Virus record (IMG/VR): IMGVR_UViG_3300028837_000875
Coordinates: 1 to 64,000 of that record
Direction: 5' to 3' (one strand)
DNA: 64,000 nt
From: a virus
In this document: one piece after another, positions 26,970 through 37,920 of the stretch
Layout: each line of letters starts with the position of its first letter
Position numbering within the stretch: the stretch's first letter is position 1
Program-made: the position numbers and the translations under genes
Notes under the pieces: model-generated
Database searches by the model: none
Seen by the model: the letters and a program-made list of their open reading frames with translations, nothing else
Told to the model about the DNA's origin: nothing

Positions 26970-27244
26970 CTTGGGGTTCCATTTTTGAATTTTTTGCAGC
27001 GTGCTATACGTGGAAAAAAGAATATATCCTCGATAGCATGACGTTCCCACAAGTGAAGCTTTACTTAAATCGCAATCTTGCAAGGCGAGAAATGGAAGCC
27101 AAAGAAATAGAAAAAATTACAAATGTGACTGGAGCAATGTTTGATAGCAATAGAAGTAAGGAAGTTACTCCAATGACTAATGCTGATTTGCCTTCTTTTG
27201 GTCTTGGACTTAGGAAGAAAAAGAAAGAATCAGAGGCAGAATAA
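26912..27244 (+). CDS. tail assembly chaperone -1 frameshift extension (GT)
   Basis: -1 frame after A AAT TTT is open through 27038..27244. Confidence 0.75.
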   Translation, partial: KFFKDGTSGTGISSEEQDITWGSIFEFFAACYTWKKEYILDSMTFPQVKLYLNRNLARREMEAKEIEKITNVTGAMFDSNRSKEVTPMTNADLPSFGLGLRKKKKESEAE

Positions 27245-30200
27245 ATGGCGTTACTCAGCATAGGACTTGGCGTTATCACTGCTCCTTTTACTGCTGGCCT
27301 TGGATTAGCAGGCACCGCTGTCAAAGGATTTACGAGTATTCTTAGCGGTGCTTACGGTCTACTCAAAAGCTTCTGGATGAAAATCAAAAAGTGGGCGCTA
27401 ATCGCAACAGCAGCACTTGCTGGTACAATTTATATGGCCGCCAAATTCCAGAAGCAAATGGCGTTTGTTGCTACAATGGTGAAGGACACAGACAAGTGGA
27501 TGGGCAAATTTACTGAAAGCGTCAAACAAATGTCTGTTGCTTTCGGTCAATCTACGAACGGCATGACTCAAGCTCTCTATGATATTCTTTCTGCAAGCGT
27601 TCCTCCACAAAAAGCATTGAAGATGTTGGAGACAGCGGCAAAGGCCGCTGTTGCTGGTTTTACTGATGTAGAGCAAGTAGGAAAAACTCTAACTTCAGTG
27701 ATGAATGGAATGGGTATTTCTTTCGAGCAGTCTGGAAAAGTTGCAGACGTGATGTTCAGAATTGTAGAGAAAGGACAATTAACATTTAATCAACTTCAAG
27801 GAAACATGGCTCGTGCCATGGTTGCTGCTCGTGCTGCACGAGTTCCATTTGAACAGCTTGCTGCTTCTTATGCCTTCTTGACTCGTAAAGGTTTTAGTGT
27901 TGCAATGGCTGAGACAGCTATTGCAAGAGCACTTACATCTACGCTTACTCCAAGAAAAGAAGCGAGAAAAGCGGCTGAAAAATACGGAGTTGAACTTGGT
28001 GAAACTGCGCTTGCTACAAAAGGTTTGTTAGGAGTTATAAAGGATTTAGCAAAAGCAGGATTGACTGAAGCTCAACTTCAAGAATTGTTCCCAGCAATCA
28101 GGGCACGTAATGCTATCAGTGCAATGATAAAAGATGTAAAGGGATTTGAAGGCGACGTCATTGCTATGTATCAGGCAGGAGGAGCACAGGGCAGGGCTTT
28201 CGCAAAAGCAACAGAAACGCTTGCGTTCCAATTTTCTAAATTCATTCAAGGCATGAAAGTATTCTTGATTGACTTAGTCACTCCAATGTTGCCAGCTCTG
28301 CAAAAGCTATTCAAGCGACTTTCAATGATTGCAGAATACTTAAGGACAACTTTTGCGGTAGATATTGCTGGAGATATGGCCGCGCTTGCAGACAACATTG
28401 TTAAGAAAATAGAGAGTGTAATTTTTTGGATTATGCAAGAAGTTCCTTATATCTTCCAGAAGATTTGGGGCTATCTTAAGTTTACTATGAAAATCATTTC
28501 TACTGTTCTTGATGTTGGAATTCTCAAGACACTGGTTGGAGCTTATTGGACTTATCTTACAAATTTCTTTGAGAATATAATCAGAGTTGTAACTGGATTA
28601 GCTCGGGCAGTTGGCGAAAGACTTTATCAAATAGCTCGTAAAACCTGGTGGGAAATAAAAAGTTTTATTACTGGTGAAGCGATTCCGGATTACATAAATG
28701 AATTTACTGGTATGCTTGATTACATAGAACTCCAATTGACTAACAGGATGCCAGATGCATTCAAAGAAGGATGGCAAAAGGCAAGTAAATGGTATGAGGA
28801 TTATACAAAAGGAATTGATGCTAAATATGAAGCACGAGCTAAAAAGCTTGCGGCGTTACGAGATAAGATGAATCAAGAAGAACTCAAAGGCGCACAAGAC
28901 AATGCTGAATCTGCAAGCAAGATAGACCATGCTTTTGAAAACGAGAAAATGAATGTAGCAAAAAAAGCTATTAAGGAAATAATAGAGGAAGAGGAAAAGA
29001 AGATAGCACATCTTAAAGCTCTCGGTCAGCTTTCTTTGGATGAGGAAATCAAACGCTATAAGAAACTTCTTTCTATTGCAAAAGCTGATACAGAAGAAAG
29101 AATGAAGCTTGAACAGAAAGTATATGAGCTTGAGAAATCATTACGAGAAAGAAGGAAGAGCGAGGCTTTTGAGCACTTTGGTTATATGGAAAAAACTGAA
29201 CGTGAAGTAACTCAAGCTAAGGTAGGTTATCTTGAAAAGTTTCTCAAGGAAGAAAAAGGAAGTTATCAAGAAAGACGAGCGGCTGCAATAGAACTATTCA
29301 AGCTACGTCAAGAGTTGCGCAAGATGGATATGGAAGAACAAAAGAAACTCAATGAATTTTATATGGATGAAGATTGGAAGCGACTCAAAGCTCAAGAAGA
29401 GATACTTAAGAAACGCAAGTTCATGTTTGCTCGTGATAAATTTGCACATCAGAAAATAGATGCAGCATTGCAAAAAAATCTAAGAAGGCAAGCTGAACAA
29501 AGAGCAGAGTTTATCCGCAAGCTTACAGTTAAGCAGACAAAGACTTGGGACCTTGAAGGACTTAGAAGGCTCAAGATTGCAGAGCGTCACGCAGAGGAAG
29601 CAGTAAAGAAGGACAAGCTCTCGGCAAAAGAGAAGGCAGCTTATGAGAAAGAGCTTGAGAAAATACGAGAGCAGATAACACAAGCTCGTGGCGACGTGAT
29701 GAAAAAAGAGGGAATGAAAACTGAGGACCTGTTAAAGAAAGAACAAGAGTGGCATAAGGCACTTGAAAAAGAAATAGCAAAAGCAACTGGCAAGAGAGTA
29801 GACGAAGTTGCAGATAAAGAAAAATCAACACAAGAAAAACGAGTCCAGCAGGCAGAAGAGACAAAGCAGAAAGTTGGAGAGATAGGAGACAAAGCAAAAG
29901 GAAAGATAAAAGAAATCTCAGAAGCTATGCAAGATTCTATGACAAGTGCAATCAAAGCAATACTTGAAGCATTGAAAAAACTTGAACAACAATTGATAGC
30001 TATCTTCGATAGAATCAGACAGATATGTGCAGCGGCTCAATGTGGCGGTGCTTTGCCGGTACCAGGCTTCGGCAAGGCGGCCGCTGGCAGATTGCTCAAT
30101 GGAAAGAGAGCAGGAGCAGGGACGGCTATTACTAAGCGAGACGTTAAAGTGGGACCAATATACATTGGCAAGATTGATTCAATGGTTGATGTTATTCGAG

Positions 30201-30265
30201 CCGGCGAGAAGATAGGCGAAGAACTTGCAAGCTCGGCAGGAAGAGATTTCAGGGCAGTGCTATAA
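27245..30265 (+). CDS. tape measure protein (TP901-type)
   Basis: 1006 aa, FQKQMAFV, ALYDILSA, AAKAAVAG, KGQLTF; helical. Confidence 0.9.
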   Translation: MALLSIGLGVITAPFTAGLGLAGTAVKGFTSILSGAYGLLKSFWMKIKKWALIATAALAGTIYMAAKFQKQMAFVATMVKDTDKWMGKFTESVKQMSVAFGQSTNGMTQALYDILSASVPPQKALKMLETAAKAAVAGFTDVEQVGKTLTSVMNGMGISFEQSGKVADVMFRIVEKGQLTFNQLQGNMARAMVAARAARVPFEQLAASYAFLTRKGFSVAMAETAIARALTSTLTPRKEARKAAEKYGVELGETALATKGLLGVIKDLAKAGLTEAQLQELFPAIRARNAISAMIKDVKGFEGDVIAMYQAGGAQGRAFAKATETLAFQFSKFIQGMKVFLIDLVTPMLPALQKLFKRLSMIAEYLRTTFAVDIAGDMAALADNIVKKIESVIFWIMQEVPYIFQKIWGYLKFTMKIISTVLDVGILKTLVGAYWTYLTNFFENIIRVVTGLARAVGERLYQIARKTWWEIKSFITGEAIPDYINEFTGMLDYIELQLTNRMPDAFKEGWQKASKWYEDYTKGIDAKYEARAKKLAALRDKMNQEELKGAQDNAESASKIDHAFENEKMNVAKKAIKEIIEEEEKKIAHLKALGQLSLDEEIKRYKKLLSIAKADTEERMKLEQKVYELEKSLRERRKSEAFEHFGYMEKTEREVTQAKVGYLEKFLKEEKGSYQERRAAAIELFKLRQELRKMDMEEQKKLNEFYMDEDWKRLKAQEEILKKRKFMFARDKFAHQKIDAALQKNLRRQAEQRAEFIRKLTVKQTKTWDLEGLRRLKIAERHAEEAVKKDKLSAKEKAAYEKELEKIREQITQARGDVMKKEGMKTEDLLKKEQEWHKALEKEIAKATGKRVDEVADKEKSTQEKRVQQAEETKQKVGEIGDKAKGKIKEISEAMQDSMTSAIKAILEALKKLEQQLIAIFDRIRQICAAAQCGGALPVPGFGKAAAGRLLNGKRAGAGTAITKRDVKVGPIYIGKIDSMVDVIRAGEKIGEELASSAGRDFRAVL

Positions 30266-32137
30266 ATGGGAACACATAGACAATTTGAAGGTGGAGGGGA
30301 CCCACCGCAAAAGCCGATACCTCTTCCTCCAAAGGGAGGCAGAATCGGTGACTCTTGCGATGGCACAAGTAAACTTGCTCTTCAATTTATACTCACGCCA
30401 TCACTGACGCCATCAGGTCCATTTGACTGGGAAGGCAAAAGTCTGGACCAGGAAATTCTTAATAGAATGGTTCCAGGCTTCACCGTCACTGCATATACTT
30501 TTAATGTTTGGGAAGGTAGACCAGTTCTTGCAAATAGAATGAGTCCAGAAGATTTCAGAGAAGCAACAGAGAATCCACCTAAAGGTATAGATGAAACGCC
30601 TAACAAACCAAGAACAACTGGAACCGATAAAGATGAAGAATGGAAAAAGAATCCGCGTACAGTTCCATCTGACCCAGTTAGAAAATTGCAGAAGAGAGAA
30701 GAATACGAAGTAAAGAAAGTCAAGCAGATGCCTGACGGACCGAACAAAATAAAGCTTGAAGTAGAAGCTCAAAACAAGAAAGAAAAACTGCTTGAGAAAA
30801 AGATAAACAAACGCTTTGGGCCAGAATATGGAACGCCAAAAGTCAGCGATGTGGTTAAGTACGTTGCAGAGCAATGTGGCTTTAGTGATGCCCGTGTAGA
30901 TGAAGTTGATATTGTTATGCCTACGTTTGACTGCCGTGAATATTACGCAAGAGAAGTTCTTGATATTTGCTCGAAGATTTCAGGAGGAGCATATACAATC
31001 CTTGAAAATACACTTCATTTCTTTACGCCTGGCTCAAGGCCAAATCCAGTTCCTGCAACTACTGACCCTAACAAAAAGAATTGGGGCACTACTGTAAGAG
31101 ATGATGATGTAATACCAAACGGAATCAGAAAAGGGACTCTTGAGGTTGAAAAGAACTCAGAGAATTTAGTCAACAAAGTGCAAGAAGCAAATTCAGGAGA
31201 GAAAGCAAAGCGCAAAGAAAAGTTAGTCGGTGATGGACAAAAGGATGAATTGCATTGCTCTTATGAGCCGGAAGAAACGTTTGTATTCACGATGCATTCT
31301 GATGGCGAAGGCGAGTCTCTTCCGCGCTTCATTAGACAGGACTGGGGTGATAGAGAAATTGTTCAGCACTATCTTGATGCTGGAGTTGCTTACCCTTCTC
31401 CTGATTATGAAGGAGCAGTAGAGCCATCGAGTATTTGGGGCGTTTATGTAAATACAAAAGAGAAGGCAATTCGTCTTGTCTACGCCGATACAGGCCAACC
31501 ATTTGTCATGCCAGATAACTCTTTGAACCCAGATTACTTTCTTGAGTTTGAATATTATTATCGAGCACCAGTATTCAGAATTCTCAGTGCTGATGCTTCT
31601 GTTGGAAGATGGGGCGAAAGAGAAACAATAATCGTATCTCCTGAGCGTCAGTATGATGAGCTTTATAGACGCCTTGCGGAAGCTGAACTTGCAGACTGGT
31701 GTGAACCAGTAACACAAGTGCGCTGTGAAGTATTTGATGACGTGTATCAGGTAGGAGATACGGTCAGATTCATAGCTCCTGAAATCGGACTTGATAAAGA
31801 GTTTACTATCTTTGAGATAACAAGAGACTTCGATGCAGAAGTAAGACAGCATTATCCTCAAAAAGATTATGGTCAATCAGTACAAATCAAAGCAGGAAAT
31901 AAGCTGCCGCGTGAACTTAGACATATACTTGCTTTTCTGAACAGGAATATCAATAATCTGAATAGAGCTTTTAATCTATCTGACTTGAATTCTGAATCTG
32001 GTAGTTCAGTACCCGTTCAATGGGAAAGATATTATCCAGAAGGAATTGAAGTAAGAGAAACTGTCACATGTGAACTTGGAGTTATGCCATTGGATAGAAA
32101 AGGCGGACGCATAGGACATACGCGGATACAAAGTTAA
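30266..32137 (+). CDS. tail tip/hub protein
   Basis: follows TMP; LHFF, LVNKV, RWGERE, YQVGDTV motifs. Confidence 0.7.
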   Translation: MGTHRQFEGGGDPPQKPIPLPPKGGRIGDSCDGTSKLALQFILTPSLTPSGPFDWEGKSLDQEILNRMVPGFTVTAYTFNVWEGRPVLANRMSPEDFREATENPPKGIDETPNKPRTTGTDKDEEWKKNPRTVPSDPVRKLQKREEYEVKKVKQMPDGPNKIKLEVEAQNKKEKLLEKKINKRFGPEYGTPKVSDVVKYVAEQCGFSDARVDEVDIVMPTFDCREYYAREVLDICSKISGGAYTILENTLHFFTPGSRPNPVPATTDPNKKNWGTTVRDDDVIPNGIRKGTLEVEKNSENLVNKVQEANSGEKAKRKEKLVGDGQKDELHCSYEPEETFVFTMHSDGEGESLPRFIRQDWGDREIVQHYLDAGVAYPSPDYEGAVEPSSIWGVYVNTKEKAIRLVYADTGQPFVMPDNSLNPDYFLEFEYYYRAPVFRILSADASVGRWGERETIIVSPERQYDELYRRLAEAELADWCEPVTQVRCEVFDDVYQVGDTVRFIAPEIGLDKEFTIFEITRDFDAEVRQHYPQKDYGQSVQIKAGNKLPRELRHILAFLNRNINNLNRAFNLSDLNSESGSSVPVQWERYYPEGIEVRETVTCELGVMPLDRKGGRIGHTRIQS

Positions 32138-32149
32138 GCTGAGGAAATA

Positions 32150-32671
32150 ATGGAACTTGAAATAAAAGGCCGAGCAGAAATAACCTTGCTGAGAGATGGC
32201 AAGATTATAGAAATCAGACGGATTGATAACCTCATAACAAATAACGGACTCAATACTATTGCCAAAGCTATCCTTGCTGCGGGCGGATATGCAGGTGCAT
32301 TAGGTGTTCCATATATTGCGGTAGGAGATAATGATGGCGTACCACTTGTTCCTGCACCTTCACCAACTGATACTGTGCTTGCTCACGAGTTACCAGATAT
32401 TGATGTTCCAAGAAAACAAGTGCAAGCTTTGGGCGGCTTAAATCTGGAAAACAATGTAGCAATCTTTGAAGTTATATTTATGCCAGATGAAGCTAATCAC
32501 GCAGTAGGAAAGCAGCTTGTAGACGCTGGGCTTTTTTGGGACGGAGCTACAGTGTTGAGGAATACTGGAGTTCTTGTTTCAAGAGTTTTGATTCTACCGC
32601 CTATGACTAAAAGTCCTGTGTTTAATACTCTGAGAATTAAATGGACGTATGAAATAAATCGCAAAGAATAG
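32150..32671 (+). CDS. tail/baseplate protein
   Basis: NLITNNGL..YIAVGD..DTVLAHE..AGLF motifs. Confidence 0.7.
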   Translation: MELEIKGRAEITLLRDGKIIEIRRIDNLITNNGLNTIAKAILAAGGYAGALGVPYIAVGDNDGVPLVPAPSPTDTVLAHELPDIDVPRKQVQALGGLNLENNVAIFEVIFMPDEANHAVGKQLVDAGLFWDGATVLRNTGVLVSRVLILPPMTKSPVFNTLRIKWTYEINRKE

Positions 32672-32683
32672 AAAGGTTAAAGA

Positions 32684-34381
32684 ATGTCTAATCCAGATGT
32701 ACCGAGAACAAAAGACTGGGAACCGTGGGGTCCTGATGACCTTATATCAGAATGGAGAGAGAACGGGGTTGATGAAGAGGTTCTAAACAACGTGGTTCAA
32801 GGACTTCAGTTCCGTCCTAACGGCAATGGATTGCTCGGGCATAGAATCACCCCAGGCATAGCGTACATAGACGGCTATCGTGTCAAATATGATATAGATG
32901 AAGTATTTGATTTTGTAGCTTCGACTTATTATACTTTCTGGGCTATCTTGAAGTTTACTGCTGACCCTTCAGGAGGAGTGTCAGATGCTTGGATTGAGAT
33001 TAGAGTTCAGAGTAATGCCGGTAGTATTTATGACGGAGACCCACCTACGTTCCCAAAAATACTTCTTGGTTACATTGTTGTTGGCGGTGCTGGTCCGTTT
33101 CTTACAGCAGGTTCGGTAATTTGGAAAGATAACTTAGCCATGTCTCCTGAAGAAATTGACGGCAATTCTGTATCGCTTCTTAACATGTGGTTTTGGGATA
33201 GAACGCCAATAGCTCCTGGAGGTGTAGGAACATTTCTTTCTACTGTTTGGAGTCCTCAGTTCTATTATAAAATGAGCGAGGGAATAACTGCTTCTTTGAA
33301 GAGCGAGACATCCGCGTTGGATGTAATAAATCCTAAAGCAGTGCTGCCGTTTGTTAGACCTGTTAGAGCCAGAAGAGGAAAAGGTCAATTGTTTGATGCA
33401 TATATGGGTGGAGTCAATTCATATCGTTTCTCAACTAATCCTACATATATTAAAGCGGAAGGCTTGCTTCCACTTTATTATACTTACTTTTTCTCAATTT
33501 GGGCTTATCCATTCCGTGATGATGTTGATATGTTTTTGCTCTTCAAGGACCAGGACTTTTATCTCAAATGGAATGCAGCTTCAAAGAAACTTGAGTTTTA
33601 TATAGGAAACGGGGCAGGAGGATTCACTCGCTTTGTTGAGTCTCTTGCAATCACTTCTTTCAAAAATACTTGGTTCCATATTTCTTTTGGCTTCAATAAT
33701 GCTACTAACAAGCATTGGATTGTAGTAAACGATGGAGCAATTCAAATAGAAATTGGAACTGGTGCAAGAGGAGTTGCGGCAACTGATTTTTATATGGGCA
33801 ACAATGATACGCCTGATACTCCATTTTATGGTATTCTTGATGAGTTTTGCAAGTTTACTGTTAATGATTTTTATCACAGATTGTTTATACACGAGCTTTA
33901 TAATCATGGAGTAGGGTTGAGATATATAAGTGAGGGAGAAGGAAATCGAAAATCACTTATCCAATTTGCAACGTATATGAATGCTCCAATAGCAATCGGA
34001 GCTAATGCCGGAATTGTTGCACCATTCAACACTGGGGAAGCTGACCCATATGCTTGGATAAACAAATATTACAATGCAGCTTTGTATAGATTCAACGTAC
34101 CCAGAGCAGGAATATTTGAAGTCCATGCAAGAGTAACTCTGGATAACCCGATAGCTGGAGGTCATTATTATATTGCTACTCGTACAAACATCGGATTAGA
34201 TGATTCAGCGGATTTTCATGCAGTTGATGCGGATGATTTGACGTTACAAATAACAGCAGTAATTTCGTTTCTTGCAGCGGCTGATTTTATTGAAGTTTAT
34301 GTTTACAATGATACTGGTGTTATTGTGAATCTTAAAGGCGGGGCAAGCAACTCGTCATTTATCATAGAACAGATGGCTTAA
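32684..34381 (+). CDS. tail fibre/receptor-binding protein with LamG-like and C1q-like domains
   Basis: PGIAYIDGYRV; WFHI..FYGILDEF..ELYN (LamG); FNVPRAGIFEV..DFIEVYV (C1q-like). Confidence 0.7.
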   Translation: MSNPDVPRTKDWEPWGPDDLISEWRENGVDEEVLNNVVQGLQFRPNGNGLLGHRITPGIAYIDGYRVKYDIDEVFDFVASTYYTFWAILKFTADPSGGVSDAWIEIRVQSNAGSIYDGDPPTFPKILLGYIVVGGAGPFLTAGSVIWKDNLAMSPEEIDGNSVSLLNMWFWDRTPIAPGGVGTFLSTVWSPQFYYKMSEGITASLKSETSALDVINPKAVLPFVRPVRARRGKGQLFDAYMGGVNSYRFSTNPTYIKAEGLLPLYYTYFFSIWAYPFRDDVDMFLLFKDQDFYLKWNAASKKLEFYIGNGAGGFTRFVESLAITSFKNTWFHISFGFNNATNKHWIVVNDGAIQIEIGTGARGVAATDFYMGNNDTPDTPFYGILDEFCKFTVNDFYHRLFIHELYNHGVGLRYISEGEGNRKSLIQFATYMNAPIAIGANAGIVAPFNTGEADPYAWINKYYNAALYRFNVPRAGIFEVHARVTLDNPIAGGHYYIATRTNIGLDDSADFHAVDADDLTLQITAVISFLAAADFIEVYVYNDTGVIVNLKGGASNSSFIIEQMA

Positions 34382-34400
34382 CTTTTCAAAGGAGAAAAAA

Positions 34401-34778
34401 ATGGGACAAGAGAAAGGCTTATACGGCAAGCAAAAATGGTGGAATGAAAAGCCGCTCATACTGCACGGAGCCGCAGCGGAGCCGAATCAGAATCCAATGG
34501 TATTTCCTGAAGGCGAATTCATGCGTGTCGTCGGAGAGATAAAAGGAAATCTTGTTGGATGCGTAGGCAATTTTACAATCACGATTAAAGGCAAGCTTTA
34601 CGGCGAGGAAGTTGTGATTGATACGCTCGTAGTTGTTGCTGCTGGCCTCGCTAAAGTTCTTGGAACTAAGCTTGTAGATATTCGCGGCTTCGATGAAATA
34701 ACTGGTTCAGTAGTTTATGTGGATGGAGCTGGCCTTGGCGTCACGTATCAAGTTTATGTTGGAGTTCCTTACAAATAA
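34401..34778 (+). CDS. putative tail protein
   Basis: AAGGAGA RBS; beta-rich. Confidence 0.6.
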   Translation: MGQEKGLYGKQKWWNEKPLILHGAAAEPNQNPMVFPEGEFMRVVGEIKGNLVGCVGNFTITIKGKLYGEEVVIDTLVVVAAGLAKVLGTKLVDIRGFDEITGSVVYVDGAGLGVTYQVYVGVPYK

Positions 34779-34793
34779 GTAGAGTGAAACAGA

Positions 34794-35393
34794 ATGGGTT
34801 GGCCAGAACTTATTCCAGAAAATTTACGAACCGTCCTCGACACATTGATGTACGAGGCTAATTCTAATACGCTTAGACTTACAGTATATCCTTCCAGTGA
34901 TACAGTTAATTGGTCTCCTCCTCCTCTTGTGTATGTTCCTAATTCTTCAATGCAAGCTTTTGATTTTGGAACAGTAGGAAAGAATGAAGGAATGTCAGGT
35001 CATTGTCAAATTTTTGATTATGACTTTCCTTTTGATAACAAATCAGCATACGGCTTAGGATTTAGAATCAAGTACTCCGCTGAAGGTGATGTTGCAGTAG
35101 ACCAAAATGCTTATATAGATTTGGAATATAAAGTTATAAATCATTTGGGTGATAAGTCAACAGATATTATTACAGCTGCGGATTTTCTGATTCCAGTTCC
35201 GACAGGTTCTGTTGAGCAGACTGAGAGATATTTAGATTATGGGTTTATACCCAGCACAGAGCTTTCGGTAGGAGCCATGGTTATAATGAAAATCTTTGGC
35301 AGAGATGCTACGCACGTAGATGATACTCTGGCAAGTCGTCTATTGATTGAAGAAATAATACCAAAGTTAATGGACGTAGTTATTCCACCATAA
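34794..35393 (+). CDS. putative tail protein
   Basis: 199 aa; GRDATHVDDT motif. Confidence 0.6.
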   Translation: MGWPELIPENLRTVLDTLMYEANSNTLRLTVYPSSDTVNWSPPPLVYVPNSSMQAFDFGTVGKNEGMSGHCQIFDYDFPFDNKSAYGLGFRIKYSAEGDVAVDQNAYIDLEYKVINHLGDKSTDIITAADFLIPVPTGSVEQTERYLDYGFIPSTELSVGAMVIMKIFGRDATHVDDTLASRLLIEEIIPKLMDVVIPP

Positions 35394-35411
35394 TATTGGA
35401 GGTAAATAAAA

Positions 35412-36356
35412 ATGTTTTATGGATGTCCAGATTGTACTTCTGGATATTTTTCGCACGTAAAAGGTTTGGGTGGAGAAGAAGGCAAGGCAGTAGTTTTTTC
35501 TGACAAATATGATGGCGTAGATATGGTAGCAAAGATTATCAATGCTATCACTTCTGTATATGAAGGATATGGCTGTGGATTGGTGGTTGTGCCGCCTGGC
35601 CAGCACTACTCTGCTACTATTTTAACCCCAGTACAAGCCGTTCCAAAAGTCACAGTAATGGGGCTTGGATATTATCTTGGTCAGTATAGTTTACCACCTA
35701 CTCAACTTCTCCAAACAACAGACACATATGTAGTCAGACTTCTCACCCGAGGCAGTATATCTTTTTGTGGTTTAACTTTTATGTATGAACATCCACATAA
35801 AGGTATTGTAATGCATGGATACAATAGCGGTGCTGTCTATCTGCATCAATGTGGTCTGTATGGAGGATACAACGGGCCTGAGACGTTAAGAGTTGAACAA
35901 AATGCTTCTGGTTGGGATATACGAGATTGTCAAATTGGCAGATATAATAATGGCGTAAATGGACATGCTATTGTTTTTGATAATGCATACAATTGTCATT
36001 TGAAACGAGTTCGCGGCACTGTCAACGGGCATGGAGTAAAGATTTCTGGCAATGGTAGTGTGAGCAAGTATAACAAAGACTTCAGTTTTGAAGAGTGCAT
36101 GTTTGGCCCAGCCACGTATCAGGCAAATCAAAGAGACGCATACTACATTGATGCAGTGAATGTTGGACGGGTAGAGTGGCGTGATTGTACTCAGCTATCT
36201 TCACACGCTAACAACGGAGCCAACGCTCGTCATGCAATAAACTTGGTTTCAACTCCAGTTGACAGTCTGAAAATCTTTCATGGTAAGTTCTACGGGCAGA
36301 CGGCGGCATTCAACGACAAGAGCAAGTTTGTGATGGATATGATTGAAATAGAATAG
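35412..36356 (+). CDS. pectin-lyase-like beta-helix protein (tailspike/depolymerase candidate)
   Basis: IINAI..G.VVVPPG.Y start motif; G/N/C-rich repeats. Confidence 0.6.
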   Translation: MFYGCPDCTSGYFSHVKGLGGEEGKAVVFSDKYDGVDMVAKIINAITSVYEGYGCGLVVVPPGQHYSATILTPVQAVPKVTVMGLGYYLGQYSLPPTQLLQTTDTYVVRLLTRGSISFCGLTFMYEHPHKGIVMHGYNSGAVYLHQCGLYGGYNGPETLRVEQNASGWDIRDCQIGRYNNGVNGHAIVFDNAYNCHLKRVRGTVNGHGVKISGNGSVSKYNKDFSFEECMFGPATYQANQRDAYYIDAVNVGRVEWRDCTQLSSHANNGANARHAINLVSTPVDSLKIFHGKFYGQTAAFNDKSKFVMDMIEIE

Positions 36357-36366
36357 GAGAAAAACT

Positions 36367-36600
36367 ATGGGCATGAAATTGGAAACACAGGTAACAGAGA
36401 CGCGGCAGATTGAGGCAGTTACTATTCGGATACTGGAACCTGAGAAGGATGTAACTGTTGAAGTATATTACAGAAACAGAAGCGACATGACGCCATTCTT
36501 TGTAATGAAAGATAGTAAATCTGAAATAGGATTTGAGGCAGTCGAGCAGGCAACAAAAGCAATTCTTAATGCTATAGGAATTACTGTTACGGAGAAGTAG
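36367..36600 (+). CDS. hypothetical protein
   Basis: AGGAGA RBS. Confidence 0.6.
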   Translation: MGMKLETQVTETRQIEAVTIRILEPEKDVTVEVYYRNRSDMTPFFVMKDSKSEIGFEAVEQATKAILNAIGITVTEK

Positions 36601-36601
36601 C

Positions 36602-37129
36602 ATGACGATAGAATCACGAAACTTAGATGTGCTACATTTTGCAGATATAGGAGCAGACCCTACAATTGCTGGTGAAGAAGTTCGGAATGGAGCCAGAAAG
36701 AAATTTCACGATGGTGCGATAGTACAGACAATTGCTTTCTTGAGCGACATTGGCGGTGGCGGTAGCCCAACACGTTTTGTGACGTTCAAAGTAGATGGCG
36801 GGGAAGCCCCACTTCTTCCGGGTTTTCAAGATTTCATTTTTGTCGGTTTTGCAGGTACTATCTCGGCTTGGGTCATTCTCGCAGATGCTCCAGGAGATAT
36901 TAAGATAGACATTTGGAAGTGCGTCTATGCCGATTATCCGCCAAGTGATGAGGACTCTATTTGTGGTGGGCATGAACCAGAGATTGCTGCGGCAGATAAG
37001 GACTTTGATGATGACCTGGAAGATTGGGATGACACTGCCTTAGCAATCGGAGACATCTTGAAATTTAATATTGTTTCCAGCGACTTGATTAAGAAAGTAA
37101 CATTGATGCTCATTTGTGAGCCAACTTAG
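36602..37129 (+). CDS. putative tail fibre-associated protein
   Basis: GTISAW.ILAD..GDIKIDIWK..GDILKFN motif. Confidence 0.6.
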   Translation: MTIESRNLDVLHFADIGADPTIAGEEVRNGARKKFHDGAIVQTIAFLSDIGGGGSPTRFVTFKVDGGEAPLLPGFQDFIFVGFAGTISAWVILADAPGDIKIDIWKCVYADYPPSDEDSICGGHEPEIAAADKDFDDDLEDWDDTALAIGDILKFNIVSSDLIKKVTLMLICEPT

Positions 37130-37140
37130 AGGAGATTCAA

Positions 37141-37920
37141 ATGGGATTTGTCGCCGGTTCTATTGGAGCTACTGCAAGGAATAGTTTTGGTGAAGCAATA
37201 GCGGCATGGTTGATTGCTAACGCTGGTTGGACAAGATGTGAAGTGGGCTACACTGGCGTAGAAAGTCCAGACGGAAACTGGGTTTTACAATATGTAATAA
37301 CAGGAAGCAGTAGCATTGACGAATTGCGTTTCAGCAAAACATGGGACGCAGTTGCACATACACCAACGAGTTATGCTTGTATACAAATTAAATTTTGCTC
37401 TTCGTCATCTTCAAACATGTATGCTCTTCTGATTGCAGCAAGAGATTCGGACTACATTACGTTAAGATTGACGAGTTCTTCTTCTCCATACTATCCAATT
37501 ATCTATGCGTTCAGAAAGAATGGTTACATTGGGGCTGCAACAAATTCGCTGGTTGGTGGTACTTCGTACATAGCAGTGCCAGTTTACACGGCTGCGATTT
37601 GGAGAGAGCTTGATGATGCTAAGCCACGAGGCTATTTCCCGGTGTTAATGCAGCCATGTGCTCTCGGAACAACGTATGGTTATATTTCACATTTCTCGAT
37701 TGTGACTGCTCCGAGTACAAAGACATTGCTCTTTCCGATATACTGTTCTGCAAATGACGGGGTTGAATTATTTGCGCTGGACGACATTTACGGGCCTGGT
37801 GCTGATTTGATTGACGGGGATACTATTCAATATGATGGAAAGACATTCACCGTCTACACTCCTACCAATGTAGCTTGTCAGTCACAACTTTTGAAATGTC
37901 TTGCGTTGAGGACAGCATAA
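37141..37920 (+). CDS. putative virion structural protein
   Basis: GAGGAG RBS; GDTIQYDGKTF near C-terminus. Confidence 0.6.
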   Translation: MGFVAGSIGATARNSFGEAIAAWLIANAGWTRCEVGYTGVESPDGNWVLQYVITGSSSIDELRFSKTWDAVAHTPTSYACIQIKFCSSSSSNMYALLIAARDSDYITLRLTSSSSPYYPIIYAFRKNGYIGAATNSLVGGTSYIAVPVYTAAIWRELDDAKPRGYFPVLMQPCALGTTYGYISHFSIVTAPSTKTLLFPIYCSANDGVELFALDDIYGPGADLIDGDTIQYDGKTFTVYTPTNVACQSQLLKCLALRTA

